NCBI GenBank assembly: GCA_963825815.1
Contig: CAWGVB010000002.1
Location: 147,564 to 211,563 of the forward strand
From: an uncultured Gemmatimonadales bacterium
GTDB taxonomy: Bacteria > Gemmatimonadota > Gemmatimonadetes > Gemmatimonadales > GWC2-71-9
Direction: 5' to 3'
Length of the DNA stretch: 64,000 bases
Shown here piece after piece: positions 44,149-54,247 of the stretch. The notes under the pieces are model-generated. The model was not told the DNA's origin. It did not search any database and saw only the letters and a program-made list of their open reading frames with translations. The position numbers and the translations under genes were made by a program. Position 1 is the stretch's first letter, and the number at the start of each line of letters is the position of its first letter.

Positions 44149-45245
44149 GTCGCTCGAAACATCAGCGGCTGGTTCCCCTCCCCTCTACCGATCTCGGACA
44201 GTTGCTCTCGCGGGTTCGCGCAGTGGCGGAGAACCGGCCCGGCGTCTATCAGATGGTGGACGCCACCGGCCGCGTGCTATACGTCGGTAAGGCCAAGCGG
44301 CTGCGCACTCGGTTGCTCAGCTACTTCCGAGCCAGTTATCCGGACGATAAGGCGGCGCGAATCCTCTACGCCGCAAGTGAAATCCGCTGGGACTACGTGC
44401 CCAGCGAATTCGCCGCGTTTCTCGGAGAGCTGCGCCAGATCCGGAAGCTGCGCCCCTACTTCAATCACAAGGGAAACCGGACCCGCCGCGCGGCCTTGAT
44501 CAAGATCGCGGGCGGCCCGGCGCCCCGGATTTACGGCGGCGGCAGCATAGCCCGGGAGGACGTCCGCTGCTACGGGCCGTTCCAATCCATGGCGAGAATG
44601 GCCGAGGCGGTGAGGACGCTCAACGATCTCCTGGGGCTCCGCGATTGCTCCAGCTCCACGCCGGTGGTCTTTGCGGGCCAGGGAGATCTCTTCGAGCAGC
44701 CGAGGCAGGCGGCCTGCATGCGGCACGAGCTCGGCTTCTGCACCGGCCCCTGTGCCGGTCTGGTTGAGGAACGAGAGTACCGTCGGCGGGTGGATACCGC
44801 GGTGGCATTTCTGGAGGGCCGCACCATCCAGCCAATCGACCGGGTGATCTCCGCAATGCAACAGGCATCAGACAACGCCCAATTCGAAGTTGCGGTGCGG
44901 TGGCGGGAAAAGTTCGAGCAGCTCGAATGGCTCCTGGCGGCAACGAGCCGGGCCCGAAGCGCCATCGATCTGCTCACCTTCGTTTACCGGGACCCCGGCG
45001 ACTTTGGGGACGATCGGGTTTATGTCCTGCGCCGCGGAGTCGTGCGGGCCTCCTTCCCCTATCCCTCGACGCCAATCGAGCATGAAGCCTTTCGAGGCGT
45101 GGTGGCGGAAGAAGCCCGACAGCCGGATCGCACGTCCGGTCCGCTGCCGCTGGATGCGGTGGATGAGGTGCTGCTGATGATGACGTGGTTCAGGGCTCAC
45201 CCCGACGCGCTCCGGCGCACGACTCCGTATGAGCAGTGGATGTAA
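44145..45245 (+). CDS. UvrC N-terminal-like (Cho-like) GIY-YIG endonuclease with UVR motif
   Basis: PGVYQM...LYVGKAKRLRTRLLSYF, Cys cluster (LRDC...C...CTGPC), UVR (MQQASDNAQFEVAVRWRE); no RNase H or HhH domain seen. Confidence 0.85.
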   Translation: MSRSKHQRLVPLPSTDLGQLLSRVRAVAENRPGVYQMVDATGRVLYVGKAKRLRTRLLSYFRASYPDDKAARILYAASEIRWDYVPSEFAAFLGELRQIRKLRPYFNHKGNRTRRAALIKIAGGPAPRIYGGGSIAREDVRCYGPFQSMARMAEAVRTLNDLLGLRDCSSSTPVVFAGQGDLFEQPRQAACMRHELGFCTGPCAGLVEEREYRRRVDTAVAFLEGRTIQPIDRVISAMQQASDNAQFEVAVRWREKFEQLEWLLAATSRARSAIDLLTFVYRDPGDFGDDRVYVLRRGVVRASFPYPSTPIEHEAFRGVVAEEARQPDRTSGPLPLDAVDEVLLMMTWFRAHPDALRRTTPYEQWM

Positions 45246-45267
45246 TCACTGCCGCAGCACTTGATGA

Positions 45268-45756
45268 TTATTGGGCTGAGTCGTTCAGCGGGACGATTCG
45301 GCCCCGGGGTGGGATTCCCGGCTCCAGTTCCAGAATGCCGACCGAGGGCGCCAGCTTGAATCTCCTCGGACCCGCGCTGCCGGGATTCATCACCGTAACG
45401 ACCACGTCCACCACCGTCAGCAGCGGACTATGGGTATGGCCGTAGACGATGATCTGCGCTTCGGGAAAGGCGGCGTTGAGTTTCTCCGGTGTGGGCGATC
45501 CGAGCTGATCTCCGTGGGTCACGACAATGTCGAAGCCGTCCAGTTCAACCGTCGCCGCCTGAGGCAGCCGCCGGCGCACATCGCCACCGTCGGTGTTGCC
45601 GTACACCGCCGTCACCGGGGCCAATGCTTCCAGTTCAGTCAGCAGATCGAGAGATCCCAGATCTCCCGCATGTAGGATGTGATCCACCTCGGCAAAGGCA
45701 TCGAAGACCTGAGGCCGGAGCAAGCCGTGGGTATCTGCGATCACCCCCAGCCGCAT
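45268..45756 (-). CDS. YfcE-like metallophosphoesterase
   Basis: DTHG, HAGD, GNTD, THG, GHTH, NPGS. Confidence 0.92.
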   Translation of the reverse strand: MRLGVIADTHGLLRPQVFDAFAEVDHILHAGDLGSLDLLTELEALAPVTAVYGNTDGGDVRRRLPQAATVELDGFDIVVTHGDQLGSPTPEKLNAAFPEAQIIVYGHTHSPLLTVVDVVVTVMNPGSAGPRRFKLAPSVGILELEPGIPPRGRIVPLNDSAQ

Positions 45757-46979
45757 CAGGGCAGCGCCGCCACTGTGAGCGGTACGTTGGGCGGCTGATT
45801 ATCGATCTGCTGCCAAAGGTCGTTGAAGGCATTCAGCAGCTCCGAAGCCTGGAAGTTGCAGTGGCCGGCGCGAGTCACGTCCACCTGGGTGAAGTTTCCA
45901 TTCCCCGCTTGCCGCACTTTGTCGGCATAGAGGCCAGCCTGGCCGAACGGCACGATGGGGTCGCCGGTGGTGTGCAGGTTGATCAGCGGTGCCTGTGGGT
46001 TTCCCGAGGTGGTGAACCTCGCGATCGACGAGAGAGCCGCGGGATCGGCGGTGTACCGGGCGACCCCGGCATTCAACGCAGCATCGTCATCCGATCCGGC
46101 GTACACCCGCGCCGAGTTGTCGAACGGCTGCCCTCCGAGCCGGGCCTGCGCGTCGGCGGTACCGAACGCGTTGTACCAGAGCAGGCCGATCGCGGTCTCG
46201 GCCAAGGATCGGATGTCGCTCCCGGGTGTGGGGGCCCCGGTGACGGCGAAGAGCTGCCGGGCCGCGTCGGGCCGGGCCGCGAACGCCAGAACGATCGCCG
46301 GGGTGTAGATGTCGTTCCAATGCTCGCGCACCGACTCCGGTACCTGGAGCGCGTCACCCGGAATCAGGCCGGGGTAGAAGTAGTCGAAGACGACCCGGAA
46401 GTTGGCGATGTAGTCGAGCTGAGCCCGGAAGTCGCCGATCGGGCCGCAGCCCGCGAGCGCGCCGTTGAACCGGTCGGCGTGACGCTCGGCCTCGAGCGTA
46501 GCGACCAGCCCGCCCTCGGAGAATCCCACCACGACCGCCCGCGCGGGATCGGGCCGGTAGCGCTGCTCCACCGTGTCCATCAGCTCGAGCATGTCATCCA
46601 CTGCGACGTCGGCCACCAGGCCGTTGGCCCGAAAGCTGGTGGTGGCGTACGCGTACCCCATGCCGGTGATCACACCGGACGCCGGCTGTCCCCCTATCGA
46701 CTCCTCCGGTATGGCGAGGTCGTTCTGGGGCGCCACGTAGCCGTGGGCGAAGAGCACCAGGTTGCCATTCCAGGTCGCGGGAAAACAGATGCGGTACAGG
46801 CCGCCGTGCTCCAGCACGCCGTCGGTACATCCGGCCGACGGCGCGATGCCGACGTCCGGGGGCGGCTCGGGGCCGGGTCCGGCCGGATTGTTGTCCCCGT
46901 CGCCGCAGCCCAGCGCAACGCCTGGGAGGAAAGCGAGAACGGCGCCCGAGAGCAGGCGCCGGAGACCATCAGGGTTCAT
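45756..46979 (-). CDS. Lipoprotein alpha/beta hydrolase
   Basis: Lipobox ALGC, HGY oxyanion segment, GFSEGG nucleophile, GDPIVP, GHCNF; start and stop overlap both neighbours. Confidence 0.8.
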   Translation of the reverse strand: MNPDGLRRLLSGAVLAFLPGVALGCGDGDNNPAGPGPEPPPDVGIAPSAGCTDGVLEHGGLYRICFPATWNGNLVLFAHGYVAPQNDLAIPEESIGGQPASGVITGMGYAYATTSFRANGLVADVAVDDMLELMDTVEQRYRPDPARAVVVGFSEGGLVATLEAERHADRFNGALAGCGPIGDFRAQLDYIANFRVVFDYFYPGLIPGDALQVPESVREHWNDIYTPAIVLAFAARPDAARQLFAVTGAPTPGSDIRSLAETAIGLLWYNAFGTADAQARLGGQPFDNSARVYAGSDDDAALNAGVARYTADPAALSSIARFTTSGNPQAPLINLHTTGDPIVPFGQAGLYADKVRQAGNGNFTQVDVTRAGHCNFQASELLNAFNDLWQQIDNQPPNVPLTVAALP

Positions 46980-47572
46980 TTTGCTGTTCCTCCCCATCGT
47001 GGCGCGACCTCCAGATCGAGCCCGACCTGATCGATGATGCGCTGCACCACGAAATCTACCAGCTGGCTGACCTCGGTGGGCCGATGATAGAAACCGGGCG
47101 AGGCCGGCAGAACCACCGCGCCCGCCTCGGCCACCGTCACCATGTTCCGGAGATGTATCACCGAGAGAGGAGCTTCCCGAGTGACCAGCACCAGCTTGCG
47201 CCGCTCCTTGAGGGTCACGTCCGCGGCCCGCTCGACCAGCGAGCGGCTGGTCCCCGCGGCCACAGCGGCCAACGTGCCCATGGAACAGGGGCAGATGACC
47301 ATGCCGGCGGTCCGGCGCGAGCCGGATGCCGGGAGCGCTCCGCGATCGCCGTCGGGATAGTTCACCACGGAGGACCAGTCACCTCCGGTCGCCTGACGCA
47401 GCGCATCCAGTGACCCAATCCCGCATTCTTCCTGGAGCAGCCGCATGCCATGTTCAGAGGTGATGAGCCAGACGGGAATTCGGTTCCGAGCCAGAATCTC
47501 GAGCAGGCGCACGCCATAGGGAGCGCCCGAGGCGCCAGTCAGCGCCAGCACCAGCGGAAGTGGCGTGGTCAC
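46976..47572 (-). CDS. ubiX: Flavin prenyltransferase UbiX
   Basis: TGASGA, ASGS, PCSMGT, RAADVTLKERR, PGFYHRP. Confidence 0.95.
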   Translation of the reverse strand: MTTPLPLVLALTGASGAPYGVRLLEILARNRIPVWLITSEHGMRLLQEECGIGSLDALRQATGGDWSSVVNYPDGDRGALPASGSRRTAGMVICPCSMGTLAAVAAGTSRSLVERAADVTLKERRKLVLVTREAPLSVIHLRNMVTVAEAGAVVLPASPGFYHRPTEVSQLVDFVVQRIIDQVGLDLEVAPRWGGTAK

Positions 47573-48498
47573 GTGATCCGGTCGATGAGAGCAAACCCGA
47601 ACACCACCAGTGACATCACACCGTTCATGGTGAAGAACGCCGCATTCAGCCGGGAAAGATCTCCCGGCCGCACCAGATGATGTTCGTAGGCCAGAATCCC
47701 CGTCGCCACGATCAATCCGGCAAAGTACCAGGGCCCAAACCCCGCCCCGTAGCCAAACAGCGCCAAGGCAGGAATGGTGATCCCGTGGAGCAGTTTTGCC
47801 AGCAGAATTGCCCGCGAATTACCCAGGCGCACTACGGCGCTTCTGAGTCCCTCTCCGGCATCGAAGGCAGCGTCGGGCAGAGCGTAGAAGATGTCAAAGC
47901 CCGCCACCCAGGTGGACACCGCGAGAGTAACGGCAAGGAGGAGCCATATCGGGTGACTCCACCGCCCGGTGACCGCGAGGTATCCGCCCACCGGCGCGAT
48001 CGCCAGGCTCGCGCCGAGCCAGAGGTGAGGCCACCAGGTGAACCGCTTGGACATGCTGTAGAGCAGAATCCAGGCTAGAGCCAGGGGACTCAGCCACAAG
48101 CAGAGCGGGTTGAGCAGCCCGGCAGCGAGGAAGAAGAGCAGCGACGCCGCAATCACCGAGCCCCACGCCTGCGCCAGCGAGAGAGTTCCCCTGGGCAGCT
48201 CGCGGTTGGCGGTCCTTGGGTTCCGGGCGTCGAAGCCGCGGTCGGCTATCCGGTTGAAGCCCATCGCTGCCCAGCGGGCGGCGGAGAAAGCCAGCACCAC
48301 CAGAACAACGGTTCGCCCGGTGACCGGAGCTACCCGCGACGCCGCGAGCACGCCGAGCAGCGCAAAGGGAAGGGCAAAGACCGTGTGAGGAAGCTTGACG
48401 AAGTTGACATACCGGGTGAGCAGCGACTCGCCGCGGAAGGTTTGCGCTTCGCGGGCGGGCGGAGAGGCGGTCAGCCGGTCTGGCGGTCCGATACTCAC
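47569..48498 (-). CDS. ubiA: UbiA-like polyprenyltransferase (MqnP-type)
   Basis: VKLPHTVFALPFA, FNRIADRGFDARNPRT.NRELP, GFDIFYA; probable own GTG start at 48498. Confidence 0.9.
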   Translation of the reverse strand: MSIGPPDRLTASPPAREAQTFRGESLLTRYVNFVKLPHTVFALPFALLGVLAASRVAPVTGRTVVLVVLAFSAARWAAMGFNRIADRGFDARNPRTANRELPRGTLSLAQAWGSVIAASLLFFLAAGLLNPLCLWLSPLALAWILLYSMSKRFTWWPHLWLGASLAIAPVGGYLAVTGRWSHPIWLLLAVTLAVSTWVAGFDIFYALPDAAFDAGEGLRSAVVRLGNSRAILLAKLLHGITIPALALFGYGAGFGPWYFAGLIVATGILAYEHHLVRPGDLSRLNAAFFTMNGVMSLVVFGFALIDRIT

Positions 48499-48553
48499 CG
48501 GCGACCCCCATGGGCCTTGCTGTCCGCCTGTCCGCCAGTCCGCCCCGTCCGCC
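48458..48553. repeat. Inverted octamer arrays (GGCGGTCN)n ... (NGTCCGCC)n at the ubiD/ubiA junction
   Basis: Four units at 48458-48489 and four at 48521-48553. Confidence 0.8.
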
Positions 48554-50027
48554 AGCTTTATCCCCAGCTTCTCCCACATCTCATCTACCCGCCGCTGGGT
48601 TTCAGGATCCATGGTGATCAGCTGGGGCCACTCGCGCTCGAAGCCCTCTTCCTTCCACTTGCGGGTGGCGTCGATGCCCATCTTGCTGCCGTAGGTGAAG
48701 GCTCGGCTGGAATGGTCGAGCACGTCGATGGGTCCCATGGTGAACCGAACATCCCGTTCCGGATCGATGTTGTTGAGCGCGATCCACCAGGCCTCATCGG
48801 GATTCTGCACGTTCACCTCCTTGTCCACGATCACCAGGACCTTGGCCAGCGACATGAGGCCCTGCCCCCACAGCGCATTCATCACCTTGTAGGCCTGACC
48901 GGGATATTGCTTGTCGATCGAGACGAACACCAGGTTGTGAAAGATCCCGGCTGCGGGCATGTGGTAATCCACAATCTCCGGAATCGTGAGCTTGAGCAGG
49001 GGCAGGAAGATTCGCTCGGTGGCATGGCCCAGGTAATAATCCTCCATCGGAGGACGGCCCACCAACGTTGCCGGATAGATCGGATCTCGCCGTGAGGTGA
49101 CCGCCGTGACGTGCACCTGAGGGTAGTAATCGGCCAGCGAGTAGAATCCGGTGTGGTCGCCGAAGGGCCCCTCGAGCACCAGGGGCTCGGCCGGATCGAT
49201 ATACCCTTCGAGCACCAGCTCCGCTTCGGCCGGTACGGCCAGATCCGAGGTCAGCGCCCGCGCCAGCTCGACCGGCTGGCGACGGATGAAACCCGCAAAC
49301 AGAAACTCGTCGATGGTGGGCGGAAGCGGCGCGGAACCGGAGTAGATGCTGGCCGGGTCGCCACCCAGAGCAATGACCACCGGCATCCGCTCCCCCCTCG
49401 CCGCCATCTCTCGCCAGTGCGCCGCGCCCACCTTGTGGCGCTGCCAGTGCATGGCCAGAGTGTTCCGTCCCAGTACCTGCACCCGGTACATGCCGACATT
49501 GCGAACGCCCCGCGCCGGGTCGGTCGTGATCACCATCGGAAGGGTGATGTACCGTCCGCCGTCACCCGGCCAGGTGGTGAGGAACGGAATGCTGCTCAGA
49601 TCGACGTCCTGATCTCGCTGGACCACCTCCTGACAGGGCGGACGACCGCCCTTCTGCCGGGGCGGGAACTTGCCGATCTCCGCCAGCCTGGGCAGCATCG
49701 CCAGCTTGCCGAACAGTCCCTCGGGCACCTTGAGGTTCAACATTTCCGAAATGCGCTCGCCGATCTCGTTGAGGTCGGTGACCCCGAGCGCCAGGTTCAT
49801 CCGGCGGAGCGAGCCGAACAGGTTGATGGCGACCGGCTGCGCGCTGCGCCGGCCGTCGTCGAGCAGGACATGCTCGAAGAGGAGAGCCTGGCCTCCCCCG
49901 GGCTCTTCATCACCCGGTCGGCGATCTCGGCGATCTCCAGGCGGGCTCGCACCGGATGGCTGATTCGGGCCAGCTCACCGATCCCGTCGATGGCCTTGAT
50001 GAACTCCCGGAGGTTGTCTAGTGCCAT
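48495..50027 (-). CDS. ubiD: UbiD-family menaquinone biosynthesis decarboxylase (MqnL-type); indels near 49895 and 48545
   Basis: MALDNLREF, RNVGMYR, MHWQRHK, EGPFGDHTGFY, GRPPMED, KMGIDATRK. Confidence 0.92.
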
Positions 50028-50037
50028 ACGGCGTTTC

Positions 50038-50064
50038 GGCCCCTTCGCTTCGCTCAGGGTGACA
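50038..50064. repeat. REP-like element TGTCACCCTGAGCGAAGCGAAGGGGCC (minus strand)
   Basis: Imperfect hairpin CCCT-GAGC-GAA-GCGA-AGGG between menG and ubiD; single copy in this window. Confidence 0.55.
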
Positions 50065-50091
50065 ATTTCCATCTCGCCCAGCGCTTACTGA

Positions 50092-50820
50092 TCACCTCTT
50101 CGTCGCGACATACAACGCGCATACCCCTCCCATCAGCAGCTCGTAGCCAACCTCCACGAAGCCTTGAGTTCTCATTCGACGGGCAAGCTCAGCCGGAGGG
50201 GGAAAGACCCGGGTCGACTCTGGAAGCCAGCTATAGGCAGTCGTATGTTTTGAAATCACGCGACCGATCAGGGGCAAGACCCGGCGAAAGTAGAATTGAA
50301 AAGCCTGCCGGAACAGCGGCTGCGTGGGCGTCGCCATCTCCAGCACAACCAGCCGGGCCCCGGGCTTGAGTACGCGTGCTGCTTCGGCCAGTCCGTTATC
50401 GAGATCCACCAGGTTGCGGATACCCCAGCCGACCATGGCACCATCGAAGGTGTGCTCGGGAAAGGGAAGATCGAGGGCATCGGAGGTGACCGGTACCAGC
50501 CGGGGCGCCTTCTTCCGGCCCAGCTGCAGCATCTGAGCTACGAAATCGGCGCCGACGATGCTGCCCCGAAATCCGGGCGCCCGGGCAAGGGTGGCGCCGA
50601 AATCCAGCGTGCCGGCGCAGAGGTCGAGATAGATTCCCTCCGGAGCCCGCTCCCACCCCAATCGCTTTAATGCCCGGCGGCGCCAGCCCTGATCGAAGTG
50701 AAAGCTGATGATGCGATTGAGCCGATCGTAGGTGGGAGCGATGGCGGTGAACATCGTGCGGACGTACGCCCGCTTTTCCGGACCGCCTGAAACGGGTAAC
50801 TGACGATCCGAGGCTAACAT
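50092..50820 (-). CDS. menG: Demethylmenaquinone methyltransferase (UbiE/MenG)
   Basis: MFTAIAPTYDRLN, DLCAGT, GWGIRN, RVLKPG, AYSWLPES. Confidence 0.92.
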   Translation of the reverse strand: MLASDRQLPVSGGPEKRAYVRTMFTAIAPTYDRLNRIISFHFDQGWRRRALKRLGWERAPEGIYLDLCAGTLDFGATLARAPGFRGSIVGADFVAQMLQLGRKKAPRLVPVTSDALDLPFPEHTFDGAMVGWGIRNLVDLDNGLAEAARVLKPGARLVVLEMATPTQPLFRQAFQFYFRRVLPLIGRVISKHTTAYSWLPESTRVFPPPAELARRMRTQGFVEVGYELLMGGVCALYVATKR

Positions 50821-50870
50821 AGGCGCTGAATGTAGTCTTCGGGCAAGCCCCTTCGCAAGCGGAATCACGA

Positions 50871-51477
50871 GTGGCCGGCCCTCGAACTGAGTGGGGCGGG
50901 CTCACCGACCAGGAGGTGGTGCTCCGGGCCCGCTCGGGTCAGGAGACCGCCTACCGCGAGCTGATCCGCCGCTACGAGCGCCCCATCTTTGCCCTGTTGT
51001 TTCGGATGGTTCGCGACCGCGAGCTGGCCGAAGACCTGTCGCAGGAGACCTTCGTCAAGGCGCTCAACGCCATCGACTCCTACCGTCCTGAGTTCAAGTT
51101 TTCGTCCTGGATCTTCAAGATCGCGAACAACGCGGCAATCGATCACCTCCGTCGGCGTGAGCTGGATACGCTCTCGCTGGATGGCTCGCCGCACGCCGAG
51201 ACCCCTGAGGCCATGCAGGCGACGGCGCTTGCAGATCGGCGCCCGGCAGGAGACCCCGCTCGACACGGTTGAAGCCAAAGAGCTGGGGAGCGCCATCGAG
51301 GCGGCCATCGGCTCACTCCGGCCCGAGTACCGCTCCTGTATTCTGCTGCGCCACGTCGAGGGGCGGGCCTACGAGGAGATCGCCGAGATCCTGAACCTGC
51401 CGCTCGGCACGGTCAAGACGTACATCCACCGGGCCCGCAACGAGCTGCGGCTCTCGCTGGCACATCTCAAAGAATGA
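50871..51477 (+). CDS. ECF sigma factor (SigW/SigE-like); +1 frameshift near 51230
   Basis: AEDLSQETF, KFSSWIFKIANN..IDHLRR, YEEIAEILNLPLGTVKTYIHRAR. Confidence 0.93.
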
Positions 51478-51501
51478 AACCTTCATTTCCCCCTCAACGT
51501 A
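51475..51501 (+). promoter_or_regulatory. SigW-type ECF promoter overlapping the sigma stop codon
   Basis: TGAAAC-N17-CGTA with a T-rich extension (CTTCATTT). Confidence 0.6.
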
Positions 51502-51514
51502 GGAGGGTCCACTT

Positions 51515-52123
51515 ATGACCCGCTCTCCCGGATCGCATCTCTCCGCCGACGAGATCGACGCCTGGCTGATCGGAGTGCCCACTCCCGAAATCCAGCGGCA
51601 CCTGGATCAGTGTTCCCAGTGCCTCGAGCAGGTCAAGATCGATCGGGAGATCGCCGAGCAGGTGGCGGCCCTGCCGCTGATCAGTCCGGCTGCAGGCTTT
51701 GCCGACCGGGTCATGGCCCGAGTGGTCGTTCCGGATCCTTTCGCTATCCGCTCTCTCCAAGCCACTCGCCGCCGCCTCTTCTCCACCCCAAAATCCTTTG
51801 CCGCTGCCGCCGGCTTTGCCCTGTTCCTTCTGGGCTCCATGGTCGGGAGCGTGGTCTGGTCGCTGAGCCATCAGGAGACGCTCGCCGCGCTGGGCTCGTG
51901 GCTCTTTGCCCAGGGTGGACAAGCGGTATGGCTCGGGGTCCAGGGTCTGGCGTCCAATCTGCTGGAGCAACCCTGGTACGGCGGACTCAAATCGCTGGCG
52001 GACAATCCGGGACGGCTGGCCCTGTTCTCGGCCCTGGGGTCGTTTGCCTACCTGAGCGGGTTGATCGCCTTGCGTCGCCTCCTGGCTGCCCCGACCCAGC
52101 AGGTGGCCCATGCCGGCCTCTAG
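51515..52123 (+). CDS. Zinc-binding (ZAS) transmembrane anti-sigma factor
   Basis: HLDQCSQC (Hx3Cx2C), P.AGFADRVMARV, TM helices. Confidence 0.85.
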   Translation: MTRSPGSHLSADEIDAWLIGVPTPEIQRHLDQCSQCLEQVKIDREIAEQVAALPLISPAAGFADRVMARVVVPDPFAIRSLQATRRRLFSTPKSFAAAAGFALFLLGSMVGSVVWSLSHQETLAALGSWLFAQGGQAVWLGVQGLASNLLEQPWYGGLKSLADNPGRLALFSALGSFAYLSGLIALRRLLAAPTQQVAHAGL

Positions 52124-53391
52124 GCGCTTTCTCGGGATCCTCGCGCTACTCAGCGTCGCCGGGGGTCACCAGCTCCGCGCTGAAATACCGGTGGATGGGA
52201 TCACCAGTCGCGCGGCCGACCTGGTCGATCACATGCGCGGTCTGATCACCGGGTTCACCAGGCCCGAACGGCGTGCGCCAGGCTCAGGCGCGGGTTCACC
52301 CTCAGGAGATCGCCACCGGTGGAACCACGGTGGATCTCAGCCATCTCAGTCAGCCAACACTGATCGAGGATCGGCTCAGTTCCGCACTGCATCCGTCCAG
52401 CGGTGAGCTCAGGATCACCATTCCCGGCGGGGCAGCCCGTCGGGGGGACTTCAGCCTGGGCTCAACCGAAACTCGAAGCGGCCACCTTCTGGTGTTGGAT
52501 GGAAACGCCGATATCTACGGTCATCTGAACGGAAATCTGGTAACGGTCAGAGGAGATGTCGTAGTTCACCCAGGCGGCGTGGTGGGTGGTGATGTGCTGA
52601 CGCTGGGAGGACGAGTTCGAGACGAGGGCGGCGAAATCGGCGGTGAGGTCCGGACCCTCAGGTCCACTACCCTCCTCTCCCCGGCCGCACGGCCCGAGCC
52701 CGCGCCGCTGAGCGCCTGGCAGAGTGTTCTGCGCCGAACCGCCGGCGTGCTCGGTGTCTTCCTGTCGCTGACGCTGCTGGGGTTTGGACTGGTCCTGTTC
52801 GGGCGACAGAATCTGGAAATCGTGTCCGACACGGTATCGCATTCCTTCGGTCGCGCCTTCGTTACCGGTCTTTTGGGCCAGATCCTGCTGCTCCCTACCT
52901 TCGGCATGCTCGTCGTTGGGCTGATTCTCAGCGTGGCCGGCATTCTCCTGCTGCCCTTTGCGGTCGCCGTTTTTGCCCTGCTGGTGGTGATAGGAGTGGT
53001 TGGCGGGTACCTGGCTGTCGCCCATGCCATGGGGGAGACCTACACCCGGCGGCGGATGGCTCTGGGTACCCTCGTTGGTTCTCCCAACAGCTACCGGTAT
53101 CTGCTGGTTGGACTGGTAGCCCTGAGCAGTCTGTGGGTAGCCTGGGCACTATTCGGCTGGGTGCCGGTAGCGGGAACAATCGTGTGGGGCGCAGCCTTCT
53201 TCGCCAGCTGGCTCCTGGGCACCGCTGGATTCGGGGCGGCACTGCTCAGCCGGGCCGGCATCAAGGAGAATTTCGCCGGGCGACTGCTGCCGCCAGAAGC
53301 CCTGACCGACGAGTACCTGTGGGCTACGCCGCAATTCGGGGTGCCGGCGGGCCGAAAGCCGGGAACCCGGACGCCTTCGCGTGGGCTGTAG
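52110..53391 (+). CDS. Membrane protein with bactofilin-like beta-helix + multi-TM domain; +1 frameshift near 52265
   Basis: GNADIYGHLNGNLVTVRGDVVV.PGGVVGGDV repeats followed by several TM helices. Confidence 0.7.
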
Positions 53392-53392
53392 G

Positions 53393-54238
53393 ATGCGGCG
53401 GAGCACAGCGGCGCTGCCCATGATGCTGCTCTGGGCCGGCCTGGTTCAGGCTCAGACCATGCGCCCGTTCGAGACCTTCCGGCAGAGCCATGGGGATACC
53501 CGGCTGGGCGCGCGGGTGGAGTACGCTGCGGGCAACCTGCGACTGGTGCCCGGCCAGGCGGACGAGCTCTACCGAATGGAGCTCTCCTACGACGAGGACC
53601 GCTACGTTCCGGTCAGCGACTTCAACAACCAGACCGGGGCCGTGTTGCTGGGCCTCAAGCCGGCAGGCGAGGGTGGCATGCGGGTGGTTTCCCGCAGTCA
53701 GCTGAGCCAGCAGGCCACCGTGGCGCTCTCTCCCGCCGTCGACCTCAATCTGGACCTGACCCTGGGAGCGGTGAATGCCGATGTGGAGCTCGGAGGTCTC
53801 CGGATCAACAATCTTCATGTGAAAGCCGGAGCCAGCAGGACCATACTGCGTTTTTCCCAGCCCAACGCTGTGCGATGCGAGCTGGCAGCGATCAGTGCAG
53901 GTGCCGCCGAGGTGTCCGTTTTGGGACTGGGCAACAGCCGGTGCGATGAAGTTGAGTTCGAAGGCGGGATGGGACGGGTCCTGCTCGATTTCGCCGGCCA
54001 ATGGACCTCGAGCTCCCGGGTCGAGGTCAAGATGGCCATGGGAGAGCTCACCCTGCGGCTTCCCAGGCGGATCGGGCTTCAGATTACGATGGACAAGTTT
54101 CTCTCGAGCTTTGAGCCGGCCGGGTTGACCCGGCGGGGCGATACTTTTCAATCGGCCAACTACCAGAGCAGCACGCGGCATCTCGATCTGGATCTCACCA
54201 CGGCCATGGGTGGGGTGAATGTGGAGTGGGTGGACTAG
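53393..54238 (+). CDS. Exported toast-rack/LiaF-like beta-solenoid protein
   Basis: Signal peptide; repeated GA/GM turns (LGAVNADV, AGAS, GGMG, MAMGE, TAMGGV). Confidence 0.7.
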   Translation: MRRSTAALPMMLLWAGLVQAQTMRPFETFRQSHGDTRLGARVEYAAGNLRLVPGQADELYRMELSYDEDRYVPVSDFNNQTGAVLLGLKPAGEGGMRVVSRSQLSQQATVALSPAVDLNLDLTLGAVNADVELGGLRINNLHVKAGASRTILRFSQPNAVRCELAAISAGAAEVSVLGLGNSRCDEVEFEGGMGRVLLDFAGQWTSSSRVEVKMAMGELTLRLPRRIGLQITMDKFLSSFEPAGLTRRGDTFQSANYQSSTRHLDLDLTTAMGGVNVEWVD

Positions 54239-54247
54239 ATTGGATCC

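Noticed and set aside
47569-49800. Apparent UbiD-UbiA fusion (743-aa ORF)
   Set aside because: One octamer in the linker has an extra C (about 48545). Removing it restores the 8-nt period and ends ubiD at TGA 48495-48497, overlapping the ubiA GTG. Most likely a sequencing insertion.
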